Assembly: GCA_028695015.1 (NCBI GenBank) | Contig: JAQVJR010000001.1 | Coordinates: forward strand, 33,645-97,644 | From: Minisyncoccota bacterium | Lineage (GTDB): Bacteria; Patescibacteriota; Minisyncoccia; UBA6257 | Length of the DNA: 64,000 nucleotides | Direction: 5' to 3' | Position numbers and translations under genes: made by a program | In this document: piece by piece, positions 1-8,046 of the stretch | Layout: each line of letters begins with the position of its first letter | How positions within the stretch are numbered: position 1 is the stretch's first letter | The notes under the pieces: generated by a model | The model's input: only the letters and a program-made list of their open reading frames with translations | What the model was told of the DNA's origin: nothing | Database searches by the model: none

Positions 1-268
1 CTTCGTCTTCTAATTCTTTTATCTTGCCTTTCACCCTCCAATGCCAGTCATTATAGATTAAAAGCTTTGCAATAAAACTATATGTTAGTAGTAAAAATAA
101 CGTCCAACCAATCCAAAACAAAGATGATGCTAAAGATGGTCCTAGATGCATAGCCACATAATTAAAAACTGTTGTTTGATATAGCCCATGGACAAATTTT
201 GTCACAATACCAACTACAATAAGAATCAAGCCCCAAACTAATAAGAATTCCTTCATTTCATCTGTCAT
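1..268 (-). CDS. small multi-pass membrane protein, partial (runs off window start)
   Basis: Minus-strand ATG at 268 preceded by GGAGGTG SD (276-282). Translation MTDEMKEFLLVWGLILIVVGIV… has 3 hydrophobic helices. No stop before the window edge. Confidence 0.4.
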   Translation of the reverse strand, partial: MTDEMKEFLLVWGLILIVVGIVTKFVHGLYQTTVFNYVAMHLGPSLASSLFWIGWTLFLLLTYSFIAKLLIYNDWHWRVKGKIKELEDE

Positions 269-367
269 TTCTCTCCACCTCCTTTCTTTTTTTTAATTTA
301 ATTTTCAAAGTACAAAATCTCTTGTTTTAATAATATCTCTTTATTGTCTTTTTGTCAAGAATGAAAA

Positions 368-470
368 TGATAAAAAATGCTGCCGTCCTTGGCAAGCCAA
401 AAACGACAGCATTAGCAGTATAGCAAATCCAAAAATCTTGTCAAGTCTATTGTGGATAACTTAAAAGATA
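368..470 (-). promoter_or_regulatory. conserved intergenic module copy 1: -35 TTGACA (439-444), -10 TATACT (417-422), two-tier hairpin 376-413 + U-run
   Basis: Read directly from sequence. A second promoter (TTGACA 353-358 … TATTAT) lies downstream of the hairpin, ahead of the gene at 268. Confidence 0.6.
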
Positions 471-483
471 AAAAAACAGGGTC

Positions 484-1041
484 TTAAGGCCCTGTTAATT
501 CTTTGATTTTAAAATCTTTATAATCAAAATCTATTTTTTCCACCTTTTCTGTTAATAATCTTCCTTTTGTGTTTTCTAATGCTAGAAGGATTTCTCCATA
601 ATACAAACTAAACACAGGATTAGACACCCAAATTTCTATGATACCTCCTTTAGAAAACTCCGCGGTGCATCTAAATGATGGAATTGCCCTAAAGCCTGAC
701 GTGTATATTTTTAAATATCCACGTCTAAACCATTCTCGCAAAATGGCTTCATGGACTATCCCTTCCCCTTCAGTTTTAGGATATAATATCTTAAAACTAG
801 CAATCCTCAACTCGGTAAGCTCTATCAATTCTCCCTTGGAAATTTTTCCAAGGTCAAAGCTCGAACTTACTCTGACATAATTTTCTCTAGCTGTATAAGG
901 AACATCTAGTTTTATCACTTGCCATCTAGATGCTTTTTTCCAATTTACATAATCAATACATATTACAATAACTACCACTATCAATATAATTAATAGAATT
1001 TTCTTTTTCTTACTTTTCATTTTTTTCTCCTTTTTTTTCAA
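484..1041 (-). CDS. hypothetical signal-anchored protein (paralog of 1288..1845)
   Basis: 185 aa with Lys-rich N-terminus, one TM helix and a DYVNWKASRW motif shared with the neighbour. Stop codon sits inside the terminator hairpin at 477-496. Confidence 0.6.
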   Translation of the reverse strand: MKKKEKKMKSKKKKILLIILIVVVIVICIDYVNWKKASRWQVIKLDVPYTARENYVRVSSSFDLGKISKGELIELTELRIASFKILYPKTEGEGIVHEAILREWFRRGYLKIYTSGFRAIPSFRCTAEFSKGGIIEIWVSNPVFSLYYGEILLALENTKGRLLTEKVEKIDFDYKDFKIKELTGP

Positions 1042-1167
1042 AGAACTAATTTATACTATTATAATTATACCATTTTTAGAGATTAAAGTCAATATAAACT
1101 CAAATTACCTATAATCAATTAACTATTAAAAAAAGGGATGATAAATCATCCCTTTTATCAAAATTAT

Positions 1168-1275
1168 AAAAAAATGCTGTCATTCATTGAAGCAAGCTTC
1201 TCTAAATGACAGCACTATTAGTATAGCAAATATTAAAACCTTGTCAAGTCTTTTGGGGATAACTTAAAAGATAAT
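1168..1275 (-). promoter_or_regulatory. conserved intergenic module copy 2 (hairpin 1175-1214 with variant stem/loop; -10 1220-1225; -35 1242-1247)
   Basis: Outer stem TGCTGTCATT/AATGACAGCA and inner stem GAAGC/GCTTC replace TTGGC/GCCAA, so both tiers co-vary. Confidence 0.6.
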
Positions 1276-1287
1276 AAAAACAGGGTT

Positions 1288-1845
1288 TTAAAACCCTGTT
1301 ATTTTTTCTATTTCACTTACTTTTATTGGTCCATTATCTACATTAATCTTTATTTCCTTTTCTGCTAACAATCTTCCTCCATTATTGAAAAGTTGTAACT
1401 TTATATACCCCTTATAAACATATAGTTTATTAGGGGTTAAAATTTCTACATTTTTGTCTACAAAGCGCACTGTAATTTCAATATTTGGCACTTGTTCAAA
1501 TCCCCTATATGTTACTCTAATATTCTTTGTTTTATATAATCGATCTAGTATCCAATGATGCACATACCCTCCTCCTTGGTTCTTAGGATAATGAATTTTA
1601 AATCCCCCTAATCTAAGATATGAGTATTCAAATCTTTGTGCTGGTGAATGAATCGGATCTTCAATATCAAAACTCGGACCCACACACACAACATTATCAA
1701 AGGATATAACTGGAAGATTAGCATCTACAACTTTCCACCTTAATGAAGCTTTCCATGTTACATAATCTATAGCTAAGAATAATATTACTATAAAACCAAT
1801 AATTAATATGATTTTCTTTCTTCTGTCTTTTTGATTTCCTTTCAT
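1288..1845 (-). CDS. hypothetical signal-anchored protein (paralog of 484..1041)
   Basis: 185 aa, same length and architecture as 484..1041, with conserved DYVTWKASLRW and HYPK…G.VH motifs. Confidence 0.6.
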   Translation of the reverse strand: MKGNQKDRRKKIILIIGFIVILFLAIDYVTWKASLRWKVVDANLPVISFDNVVCVGPSFDIEDPIHSPAQRFEYSYLRLGGFKIHYPKNQGGGYVHHWILDRLYKTKNIRVTYRGFEQVPNIEITVRFVDKNVEILTPNKLYVYKGYIKLQLFNNGGRLLAEKEIKINVDNGPIKVSEIEKITGF

Positions 1846-1944
1846 TTCATTCCTCTCCTTTTAAATTTTAAAAGAACTAAAACTTAATCTATCATATTAT
1901 AATAATACCATATTAAAGCATTAAAGTCAATGTAAAATAAGTAT

Positions 1945-2015
1945 AAAAAGGCCACTTGGTCAATCGACTCAAGCGGCCACTTTTAGTATAACAAGGTCAA
2001 AAACCTTGTCAAGAA
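1945..2015 (-). promoter_or_regulatory. conserved intergenic module copy 3a (divergent hairpin GGCCACTTG…CAAGCGGCC 1950-1978; -10 1985-1990; -35 2007-2012)
   Basis: Same promoter spacing (16). Different GC-rich hairpin with a CUUG/CAAG-type inner loop. Confidence 0.5.
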
Positions 2016-2037
2016 CTTAATCTATTTTTTAAAATAA

Positions 2038-2132
2038 AAAAAATGCTGTCATTTATTGAAGCAAGCTTCTCTAAATGACAGCACTATTAGTATAGCAAAT
2101 ATTAAAACCTTGTCAAGTCTTTTGTGGATAAC
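2038..2132 (-). promoter_or_regulatory. conserved intergenic module copy 3b (hairpin 2044-2083; -10 2089-2094; -35 2111-2116)
   Basis: Near-identical to copy 2. Sits in tandem with copy 3a upstream of 1288..1845. Confidence 0.6.
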
Positions 2133-3395
2133 TTAAAAATCCAATAATTTCTTAATTTTATCCTTCTGAACCTTATTTGTATTTTTTCCAATAATAATTA
2201 CATTTACTTTCTCTTTCTTAAAGATATTATTAGCTTCAACTTTTAAAGATTGAGTGGTGATTTTATCTATAATCTTCAGATCTTCTTTAATTGGTGTTAC
2301 TTTTCCATAATAAATTAAATCATAATTAATCCAATTAATTCTATCTAAATTATCTTCAAAAGCGTTTTTATCTGATTCTTTAACCTGTTTCTTTAATTCA
2401 TCTAATTTCTTTTTTGAGATTTCTTTGTTTTTTAATTCTTTTATAGCTTGATTAAATAATTCTAGCAAAGGTAATATTTTCTCATCTGGAATAAAAGAAT
2501 AGAAATATATCATTCCCATATTTCTCCAAACCAACTTTGTATAATCTAAATCATAAATTCCCAAAACTCTTAAATCCTTTAATAAACCATCAAGGGTATT
2601 AGATAATAAATGCCCTAATATTCTTAAAGATGTTCTTTGAGCTGGTTTTATTTTAGTATTATAAATAGGAAAACTTATACCTAGGCTATTAAGTTTACTA
2701 TGATTATTACTTTTTATAAGCTTGATTTTAAATTTAGAATATTTACATTTACCAAGACCATATTTTACTGGTTTCGCAGTTAATCTACATTTTTTAATAC
2801 AAGATAAGATTTCTTGAATAACTTGTGGCTTTAATTGATAAGCACTAAAAGTAAAAACAATATTTCCCTTGGTAAAGAATTTTTGATGATATTTTTCTAA
2901 ATCTTCAAGTTTAATTTTTTTAATATTTCTAATTTGATCTTCTCTAGTTCTTGTATAATGGCATTGCTTATCAACTCTTTCAGTTAAAACAGCTTGTTCT
3001 AAAAGATTTTCTAAATCCCCTATCTTAATATACAATTCATTAATTAAAACCTCTTTTTCTGATTGAAAAGCTTGTTTATCTGTAAATTCTGGTTTTAAAA
3101 TTGTATTAATAAAATCTTGTCCTTGTTCTGTTATCTCAGCTAAGGAAGAATATAAAGAAAACCTCATATCTTCCTTACCTATAGAACCTTCTACTTTTAA
3201 CCTTTTAGGTTTTTCTATATTTCTGAGCATTCTAATAAGATAATGCTCTAATAAATGACCCATCCCAAATTCCTTATCAGTTTCTTCAACATAACCACTT
3301 TTTACTAAAATATCTAAATAAACCTTATCTGTTTTATTAGGTAATTTAATAAAATACAAATTATCTTTTAAACTTATTTCCTTAATATAATTCAT
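2133..3395 (-). CDS. putative M16 (insulinase/pitrilysin-like) zinc peptidase
   Basis: 420 aa. N-terminal GMGHLLEH matches the inverted HxxEH zinc motif of M16 peptidases, and the length fits that family. Confidence 0.45.
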   Translation of the reverse strand: MNYIKEISLKDNLYFIKLPNKTDKVYLDILVKSGYVEETDKEFGMGHLLEHYLIRMLRNIEKPKRLKVEGSIGKEDMRFSLYSSLAEITEQGQDFINTILKPEFTDKQAFQSEKEVLINELYIKIGDLENLLEQAVLTERVDKQCHYTRTREDQIRNIKKIKLEDLEKYHQKFFTKGNIVFTFSAYQLKPQVIQEILSCIKKCRLTAKPVKYGLGKCKYSKFKIKLIKSNNHSKLNSLGISFPIYNTKIKPAQRTSLRILGHLLSNTLDGLLKDLRVLGIYDLDYTKLVWRNMGMIYFYSFIPDEKILPLLELFNQAIKELKNKEISKKKLDELKKQVKESDKNAFEDNLDRINWINYDLIYYGKVTPIKEDLKIIDKITTQSLKVEANNIFKKEKVNVIIIGKNTNKVQKDKIKKLLDF

Positions 3396-3440
3396 AAAAA
3401 CCTTTATTCTTATTATACAGAAAAAAGAGTTTAATTAAAA

Positions 3441-3540
3441 TAAAAAAAATGCTGCCGCTTCTGGCAAGCCAAAAACGACAGCATTATTAGTATAGCAAAT
3501 CTTAAAACCTTGTCAAGTCTTTTGTGGATAACTTAAGAAA
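3441..3540 (-). promoter_or_regulatory. conserved intergenic module copy 4 (hairpin 3449-3485; -10 3489-3494; -35 3511-3516; upstream-gene terminator 3546-3568)
   Basis: Read directly from sequence. Confidence 0.6.
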
Positions 3541-3586
3541 TACAAAACAGGGCTAAAAAGCCCTGTTTTTATCCAATTTCTAATCT

Positions 3587-5824
3587 TTAAACTCTTTTTC
3601 CTCTAAAGATAAAATAAGCTAAGCCACCTAAGGCTAAAACAGCTAATAAAGCTATTATGGCTCCTTTATTAGTTGCTGCTTCTTCTTCGGTTTCTTCTAG
3701 TTCTATTGTTTCTATATCTTCAGTTTCTAAAATTTCCATTACTTCTTCTTCCTCTTCTGGTTCTTGCTCAGAACTAACAGGAGTATCTAAAACATCTCCT
3801 TCTGGCACTGAACCATCATCAGCTAAGGCAATAGATTCTCCTAAAACCAATCCTTCACCTAAGCCAAAACATGTTTCATCAGAAATATCTGGTTTCATTT
3901 CAGGACAAAAGATATTATTAATTGCCCATCTGGTAGTTCTATAAACATAACCAGTAGCCATTTCTTCTGAAGACAAACATCCATTAGCAACCCAAGGAGC
4001 TAAAATATCATCCTTGAGCATGGTTTGGAATGTTTTTACTGCATTAAATGTATCTAAATCATAAATTCCATTAACATCTAAATTCAATCCCAAATATCCA
4101 TTTAAGAAGATTTGGAGTTTTCTAACTTCAAATGGATCATTATTAGCTCCATATTGAATGTATTCATGTAGATAAGGAACACAAGCAACACCAGCTACAA
4201 TACCCTCATCTCTTATGGTAGATTCACCTGCTATAGTACCTGATGAAAAACCTCCGCCTCCACCTCCGCCACCACCAGTAGGAGTTCCTCCAGATTCTTC
4301 GGTTTCTGTGTTAGATTGCTCTTCAGGTGGCTCAACACAACGATATACTTTAAGGTCTAAACTTCCTGTATTATCATCCATAGCTCCTTGGTCTTGATAA
4401 GAATTATACCAAGAATTGTACCAATCAGAAATGACAAAACTAACATTTACTTCTTCTTCTCCACTAATATGATAAGCTTTTTGGTATATATGTTCTGAAT
4501 TATAATCCCCCCAAGTAACTACCCCCATTTTGCCGGTTCCCATATCAGAAAGAAGTGATAACACTCCACGATATGGATTTCCTTTAATGCCTACGTCATC
4601 TCTTGGTATTGTTTTCCAACTATCTTTAGTGCCATAGCCTGCATCTGCTTTTTTATTCTCCTCTTTGCCACTATATTTATACACTCCAGAAACCTCAAAA
4701 AGATAATCGCCTGGATTTAAATCTATATTTTGTCCAATGCTATCTTGAGAATCAATATTTATTTCTTTAAACGGCTCTTCTTCTCTCTTGGTCCCTGACG
4801 GACAATCATGGTTTCCATTATACACAGGAACTAACTTGCACGTTTCCGTACAAAAATTACTTCCATCTTCAGCAACTCCTTCAAGCCCATCACATTCTTC
4901 ATCTCCTTCTTTTTTTCCATTACCACATTCTCCTGCTGCTTCTTCTGGCACTTCTAATACATTATAAGCTATACAATAAACATTTTCAGGCCATTGTGAA
5001 GTGTCGTTTCCTAATTGTATAAATTCTTTATTATCACCATTAACTGCATCCTTATAACAACGAAGAGCTGCAAATTTAGTTGCTCCTTCCATTGCTGGGC
5101 TATTATTTAAATCTTCACTAACCCATAATTGACCACCTTCAGTTAGTTGGTTTTGTTGTTCTGGTTTTAGTTCAGAAAAAGAAATGGGTTCATTAGAATT
5201 TACAGTGCTAACATTTGTTTCTTGTTCTTCATCTGTAGAAATTATAAATTGCCAGCCTCTTGCTAAATAGCAAACTCCAGGAATCTCATCTGGATCAACT
5301 GGCTTACCATTATTGTATGAACTGGGAAAACTATTTTCTTGATAATTAGCAAACTCTGTATATTTTTCCCCAGTAGCATCTAAGTGCTCTGCATTAGCAT
5401 TTCCATTAATATCTCCCCAAGATGGACATATCACTTTTATAAAATGAAAACTGGAGTTTATTGTTTCAGACGATCCATTGTCTCCTCCTGAACTTTCGCC
5501 ACAATACCCATGCTCGTGACAATGATTATGTTCTTGTCCTTGTCCTTGTCCTTGTCCTTGCCCTTGTCCTTGCCCTTGTCCTTGTCCTTGTCCTTGTCCT
5601 TGTCCTTGTCCTTGCCCTTGTCCTTGCCCTTGTCCTTGCCCTTGTCCTTGTCCTTGCCCTTGTCCTTGCCCTTGTCCTTGCCCTTGTCCTTGTCCTTGTC
5701 CTTGCTTATTCCCTGCTTCTATTATCCCTGGCTTCAACATCAATCCATTAGTAATTAACAAACTTAATACTATTACAATTGCAAATGTTTTTGTAAGAAA
5801 TTTTTTGTTCATATTTTTTTTCAA
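3587..5824 (-). CDS. large secreted surface protein: (GQ)32 repeat, Myxococcus-type Cys-rich repeat, peptidoglycan-binding domain, poly-Gly, acidic tail, C-terminal TM anchor
   Basis: 745 aa with signal peptide. A 32x Gly-Gln run comes from the CCTTGY hexanucleotide array. CGNGKKEGDEECDG…C…C resembles the Myxococcus Cys-rich repeat. LQIFLNGYLGLNLDVNGIYDLDTFNAVKTFQ resembles PG_binding_1. There is a GGGGGGGGG run, an EEEEE-rich tail and a C-terminal hydrophobic helix ending RGKRV. Confidence 0.7.
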   Translation of the reverse strand: MKKNMNKKFLTKTFAIVIVLSLLITNGLMLKPGIIEAGNKQGQGQGQGQGQGQGQGQGQGQGQGQGQGQGQGQGQGQGQGQGQGQGQGQGQGQGQGQEHNHCHEHGYCGESSGGDNGSSETINSSFHFIKVICPSWGDINGNANAEHLDATGEKYTEFANYQENSFPSSYNNGKPVDPDEIPGVCYLARGWQFIISTDEEQETNVSTVNSNEPISFSELKPEQQNQLTEGGQLWVSEDLNNSPAMEGATKFAALRCYKDAVNGDNKEFIQLGNDTSQWPENVYCIAYNVLEVPEEAAGECGNGKKEGDEECDGLEGVAEDGSNFCTETCKLVPVYNGNHDCPSGTKREEEPFKEINIDSQDSIGQNIDLNPGDYLFEVSGVYKYSGKEENKKADAGYGTKDSWKTIPRDDVGIKGNPYRGVLSLLSDMGTGKMGVVTWGDYNSEHIYQKAYHISGEEEVNVSFVISDWYNSWYNSYQDQGAMDDNTGSLDLKVYRCVEPPEEQSNTETEESGGTPTGGGGGGGGGFSSGTIAGESTIRDEGIVAGVACVPYLHEYIQYGANNDPFEVRKLQIFLNGYLGLNLDVNGIYDLDTFNAVKTFQTMLKDDILAPWVANGCLSSEEMATGYVYRTTRWAINNIFCPEMKPDISDETCFGLGEGLVLGESIALADDGSVPEGDVLDTPVSSEQEPEEEEEVMEILETEDIETIELEETEEEAATNKGAIIALLAVLALGGLAYFIFRGKRV
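5531..5706. repeat. hexanucleotide microsatellite (CCTTGY)n, ~30 units, encoding (GQ)32 on the minus strand
   Basis: Perfect or near-perfect tandem array. Confidence 0.9.
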
Positions 5825-5850
5825 TTTATTAGTTTTCGACCTTTAGTTTT

Positions 5851-6330
5851 TTATTTTTTAAATTTATAGACAAATAAATAAGATATAGCACCTATGCCTA
5901 TTATCCACCACCAAGTAGAAATACCAATGTTTTCTTTATATGCCTGTGCCATTAATTTTTCAGAAGCTGAAAATTCTAGTTCTTCCTCCATTTCTGGGTT
6001 TTTTTCTTGAATTTCTGTTTCTAATACAGTAGTGGGCGTTATGTCAATTATTGTTGTAGTTGTAGGCTTAGTAGTCGTTGTAGTAGGCTCAAGCGTAGTT
6101 GGGGAAGGAATAGGAACAGGGTTTATAACCCCGCAAGTGCAAGAAGGACTATAGGTGCCATCATTACAAACATATCTCCCAACTGATGAGTCACAATGAG
6201 ATACTCCGCCATGCCAAGAACAACAACCTCTTTTAGCATCAACATCATTTATTAAAAATAACAAAGAACAAATTATTATTACTAAAAGTGATAATAATTG
6301 TAAAAATTTTCTATGTTTAATCAAATTCAT
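5851..6330 (-). CDS. small Cys-rich secreted protein with Thr/Pro linker and C-terminal TM anchor
   Basis: 159 aa with signal peptide, a CCSWHGGVSHCD…C…C.C head, a PTTTTTKPTTTT linker, an acidic stretch and a WWWIIGIGAISYLFVYKFKK anchor. Lies 26 nt upstream of 3587..5824, so they are probably co-transcribed. Confidence 0.6.
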   Translation of the reverse strand: MNLIKHRKFLQLLSLLVIIICSLLFLINDVDAKRGCCSWHGGVSHCDSSVGRYVCNDGTYSPSCTCGVINPVPIPSPTTLEPTTTTTKPTTTTIIDITPTTVLETEIQEKNPEMEEELEFSASEKLMAQAYKENIGISTWWWIIGIGAISYLFVYKFKK

Positions 6331-6540
6331 TATATTTACTAAAATCTGAAATAATTAAATGCATAGAAAGCAGAACAGTCTTTTAATTAATCATTAAGGA
6401 AATTAAAATCACTTTTAATAGATCTATTATCCCATCATGAACTATTAGGAGGATTTCTGATATGAGAAAAAACACAAACACTAATCTTCCTGCAATATTC
6501 TTTTTTTAATCCCTAATAGTTGATCAAGTAGTTAATTAAA

Positions 6541-6692
6541 AAAATTGACGAATAACGTCAATTTAACTAATCTGCCTTAAGAGCAGATAAACTTTTGTAT
6601 TTGTTTAAAAGAGAGCATCCCACCATTTTATTGTTTATCTACTTAGTAGTCTCCCCTGGGCCTTTGCAGGCCCAGAGGAGAACCCCACCGTG
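6541..6692 (-). ncRNA. candidate small RNA 2 (promoter TTGACA 6721-6726 / TATCAT 6699-6704; terminator hairpin 6545-6561 + U-run)
   Basis: About 150-nt minus-strand unit containing a 13-bp GC-rich stem (6648-6683, UCUCCUCUGGGCC/GGCCCAGGGGAGA) in an AT-rich gene desert. No match to SRP, tmRNA or 6S motifs that I can recognise. Confidence 0.4.
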
Positions 6693-6946
6693 CTTACATG
6701 ATACTCTATTATTTTTTGTTTGTCAAGTCCTTGTCAAGTTTTTAAATAAAAAACAAATTTGTCAAATTTAAGGAAATTTTTAAAAATTTAATTTTAAATT
6801 TAAAAAATAATTCTTTAAAGTTATTTTAAAGATCCTTATCGGAAAATTTTATTATTCAATGCTTAATAATTCAATTTATAAATCTTAATTATTATATTAT
6901 CAATCAATAACAAGATTTTCTTTAAAACAATCAAGGAATTAGGTTT

Positions 6947-7039
6947 AAAAAAATGGCGTTTTTCAACGCCACTTTAAAACCTCCAAAATTTTGGAAAATA
7001 GGTTTTATATAAGCTCTTCCGGAAAAGCTTACCCCACTA
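6947..7039 (-). ncRNA. candidate small RNA 1 (promoter TTGACA 7068-7073 / TATACT 7046-7051; terminator GGCGTT-GAAAA-ACGCC 6955-6970 + U7)
   Basis: About 95-nt unit with internal palindromes AAGCUUUUCCGGAAGAGCUU and UCCAAAAUUUUGGA. Its promoter is a partial copy of the conserved module promoter. Confidence 0.4.
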
Positions 7040-7111
7040 CAAGATAGTATATATGATAAATAAAAATTGTCAAGTCTTTTATCCACAATCTCATAATTTC
7101 ACAAACTATGG

Positions 7112-7212
7112 AATAAAAAATGCTGTCGCCCTTGGCAAGCCAAAAACGACAGCATTATTAGTATATCAAATCCAAAACCCTTGTCAAGTCTATTGGGGAT
7201 AACTTTTAAAAT
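7112..7212 (-). promoter_or_regulatory. conserved intergenic module copy 5 (hairpin 7119-7156; -10 7160-7165; -35 7182-7187; terminator 7216-7242)
   Basis: Read directly from sequence. What follows downstream is another promoter and a candidate sRNA, not a protein gene. Confidence 0.6.
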
Positions 7213-7247
7213 GAAAAAGGGACTATATTATATAGTCCCTTTTGATT

Positions 7248-7922
7248 TTAATAGTACTCAATACTTTGTGCTGTTACATAGACCACCCTCTTAGTTGGAG
7301 AGAGTTTAATCTTCACTTGTTTAGCTTTCTTTTCTCCAGCTAATCCTTCCTTCAAGTCTACACATTTGACCACTTGTGAATCATCTTCAAAGGTTATCAT
7401 AAAGCAAACCTTTTCCACTGTCACTTTTTCTCCCTTGAAGTTTTGCATTTCAAAATCTACAAATACATCACCCCAGGTCAAATAGCAACAACAGGGTCCA
7501 GAAGGAGGACAAATTGGACAAACACACTCTGGGCATTCATCACAAATACACTCTGGACATTCATCACATATACACTCTGGGCAATCTTCACAAACAGGAC
7601 AATCTGGGCAACAAGAATCACAAGCAGGGCAAGTTGGACAACAAGAATCACAAGCGGGGCAATTACATGGTGGACATGTAGGTGGTGGACAAGGAGGATA
7701 GCAATAACCACATCTTGTCATCAAATCCCTAGGTAAATCACCATTAGCAACTCTTGTTATGCCTTTTGAAGAGTCACAAGAAACCTCTTGCTCAAAGCCA
7801 GTTACCCAAACTTCTACATCTTCTGTTATTGAAGGAATGATTGATCCACTCTTACATCCAGTTAAGAACAATACCATTAAAACCATTGCTAAGATTAACA
7901 ATCTTTTTCTCATTTTTTTCAC
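7248..7922 (-). CDS. lipoprotein with extreme Cys/Pro-rich tandem-repeat core (CPxC / ICDECPEC units)
   Basis: 224 aa with lipobox LFLTGC. A 75-aa stretch contains about 40 Cys (CYPPCPPPTCPPCNCPACDSCCP…CDECPECICDECPECICDECPECVCPICPP…CCC). Consensus promoter and AGGAGGTG SD lie upstream. Confidence 0.65.
   Translation of the reverse strand: MKKMRKRLLILAMVLMVLFLTGCKSGSIIPSITEDVEVWVTGFEQEVSCDSSKGITRVANGDLPRDLMTRCGYCYPPCPPPTCPPCNCPACDSCCPTCPACDSCCPDCPVCEDCPECICDECPECICDECPECVCPICPPSGPCCCYLTWGDVFVDFEMQNFKGEKVTVEKVCFMITFEDDSQVVKCVDLKEGLAGEKKAKQVKIKLSPTKRVVYVTAQSIEYY
7523..7670. repeat. tandem 24-nt repeats (x3) plus ~33-nt repeats (x2) encoding ICDECPEC / CDSCCPxCPAC units
   Basis: acactctgggcattcatcacaaat, acactctggacattcatcacatat and acactctgggcaatcttcacaaac in tandem. 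Confidence 0.8.
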
Positions 7923-7969
7923 CTCCTTTCATTTTTTAATTTTCAAGTTACTAGTTCAAATATGTCTAA

Positions 7970-7998
7970 ATTATATATCATTTATACAATTTTGTCAA
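7970..7998 (-). promoter_or_regulatory. consensus sigma70 promoter of lipoprotein gene (TTGACA-N17-TATAAT) followed by AGGAGGTG SD
   Basis: Plus-strand tgtcaa at 7993-7998 and attata at 7970-7975. Confidence 0.6.
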
Positions 7999-8046
7999 TA
8001 TATAAGGTTTAAATTAAAAAGGGAAGACTTATCTTCCCCTTATTTG

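Noticed and set aside
5461-5758. Plus-strand ORFs 5461..5751 and 5510..5758 (LVLVLV / SLSLSL proteins) and other plus-strand ORFs overlapping minus-strand genes (3657..3944, 4215..4397, 7443..7736, 12136..12390, 36338..36538, 40620..40892, and others)
   Set aside because: These are artefacts of the hexanucleotide repeat or of low-complexity antisense frames. Each overlaps a well-supported minus-strand gene.
6590-6700. SRP RNA, tmRNA or 6S identity for the GC-rich hairpin region
   Set aside because: It lacks the SRP domain-IV GGAAG/AGCAGC motifs and the tmRNA tRNA-like ends (GGGG… / …CCACCA pairing). It is kept only as an unassigned candidate sRNA.
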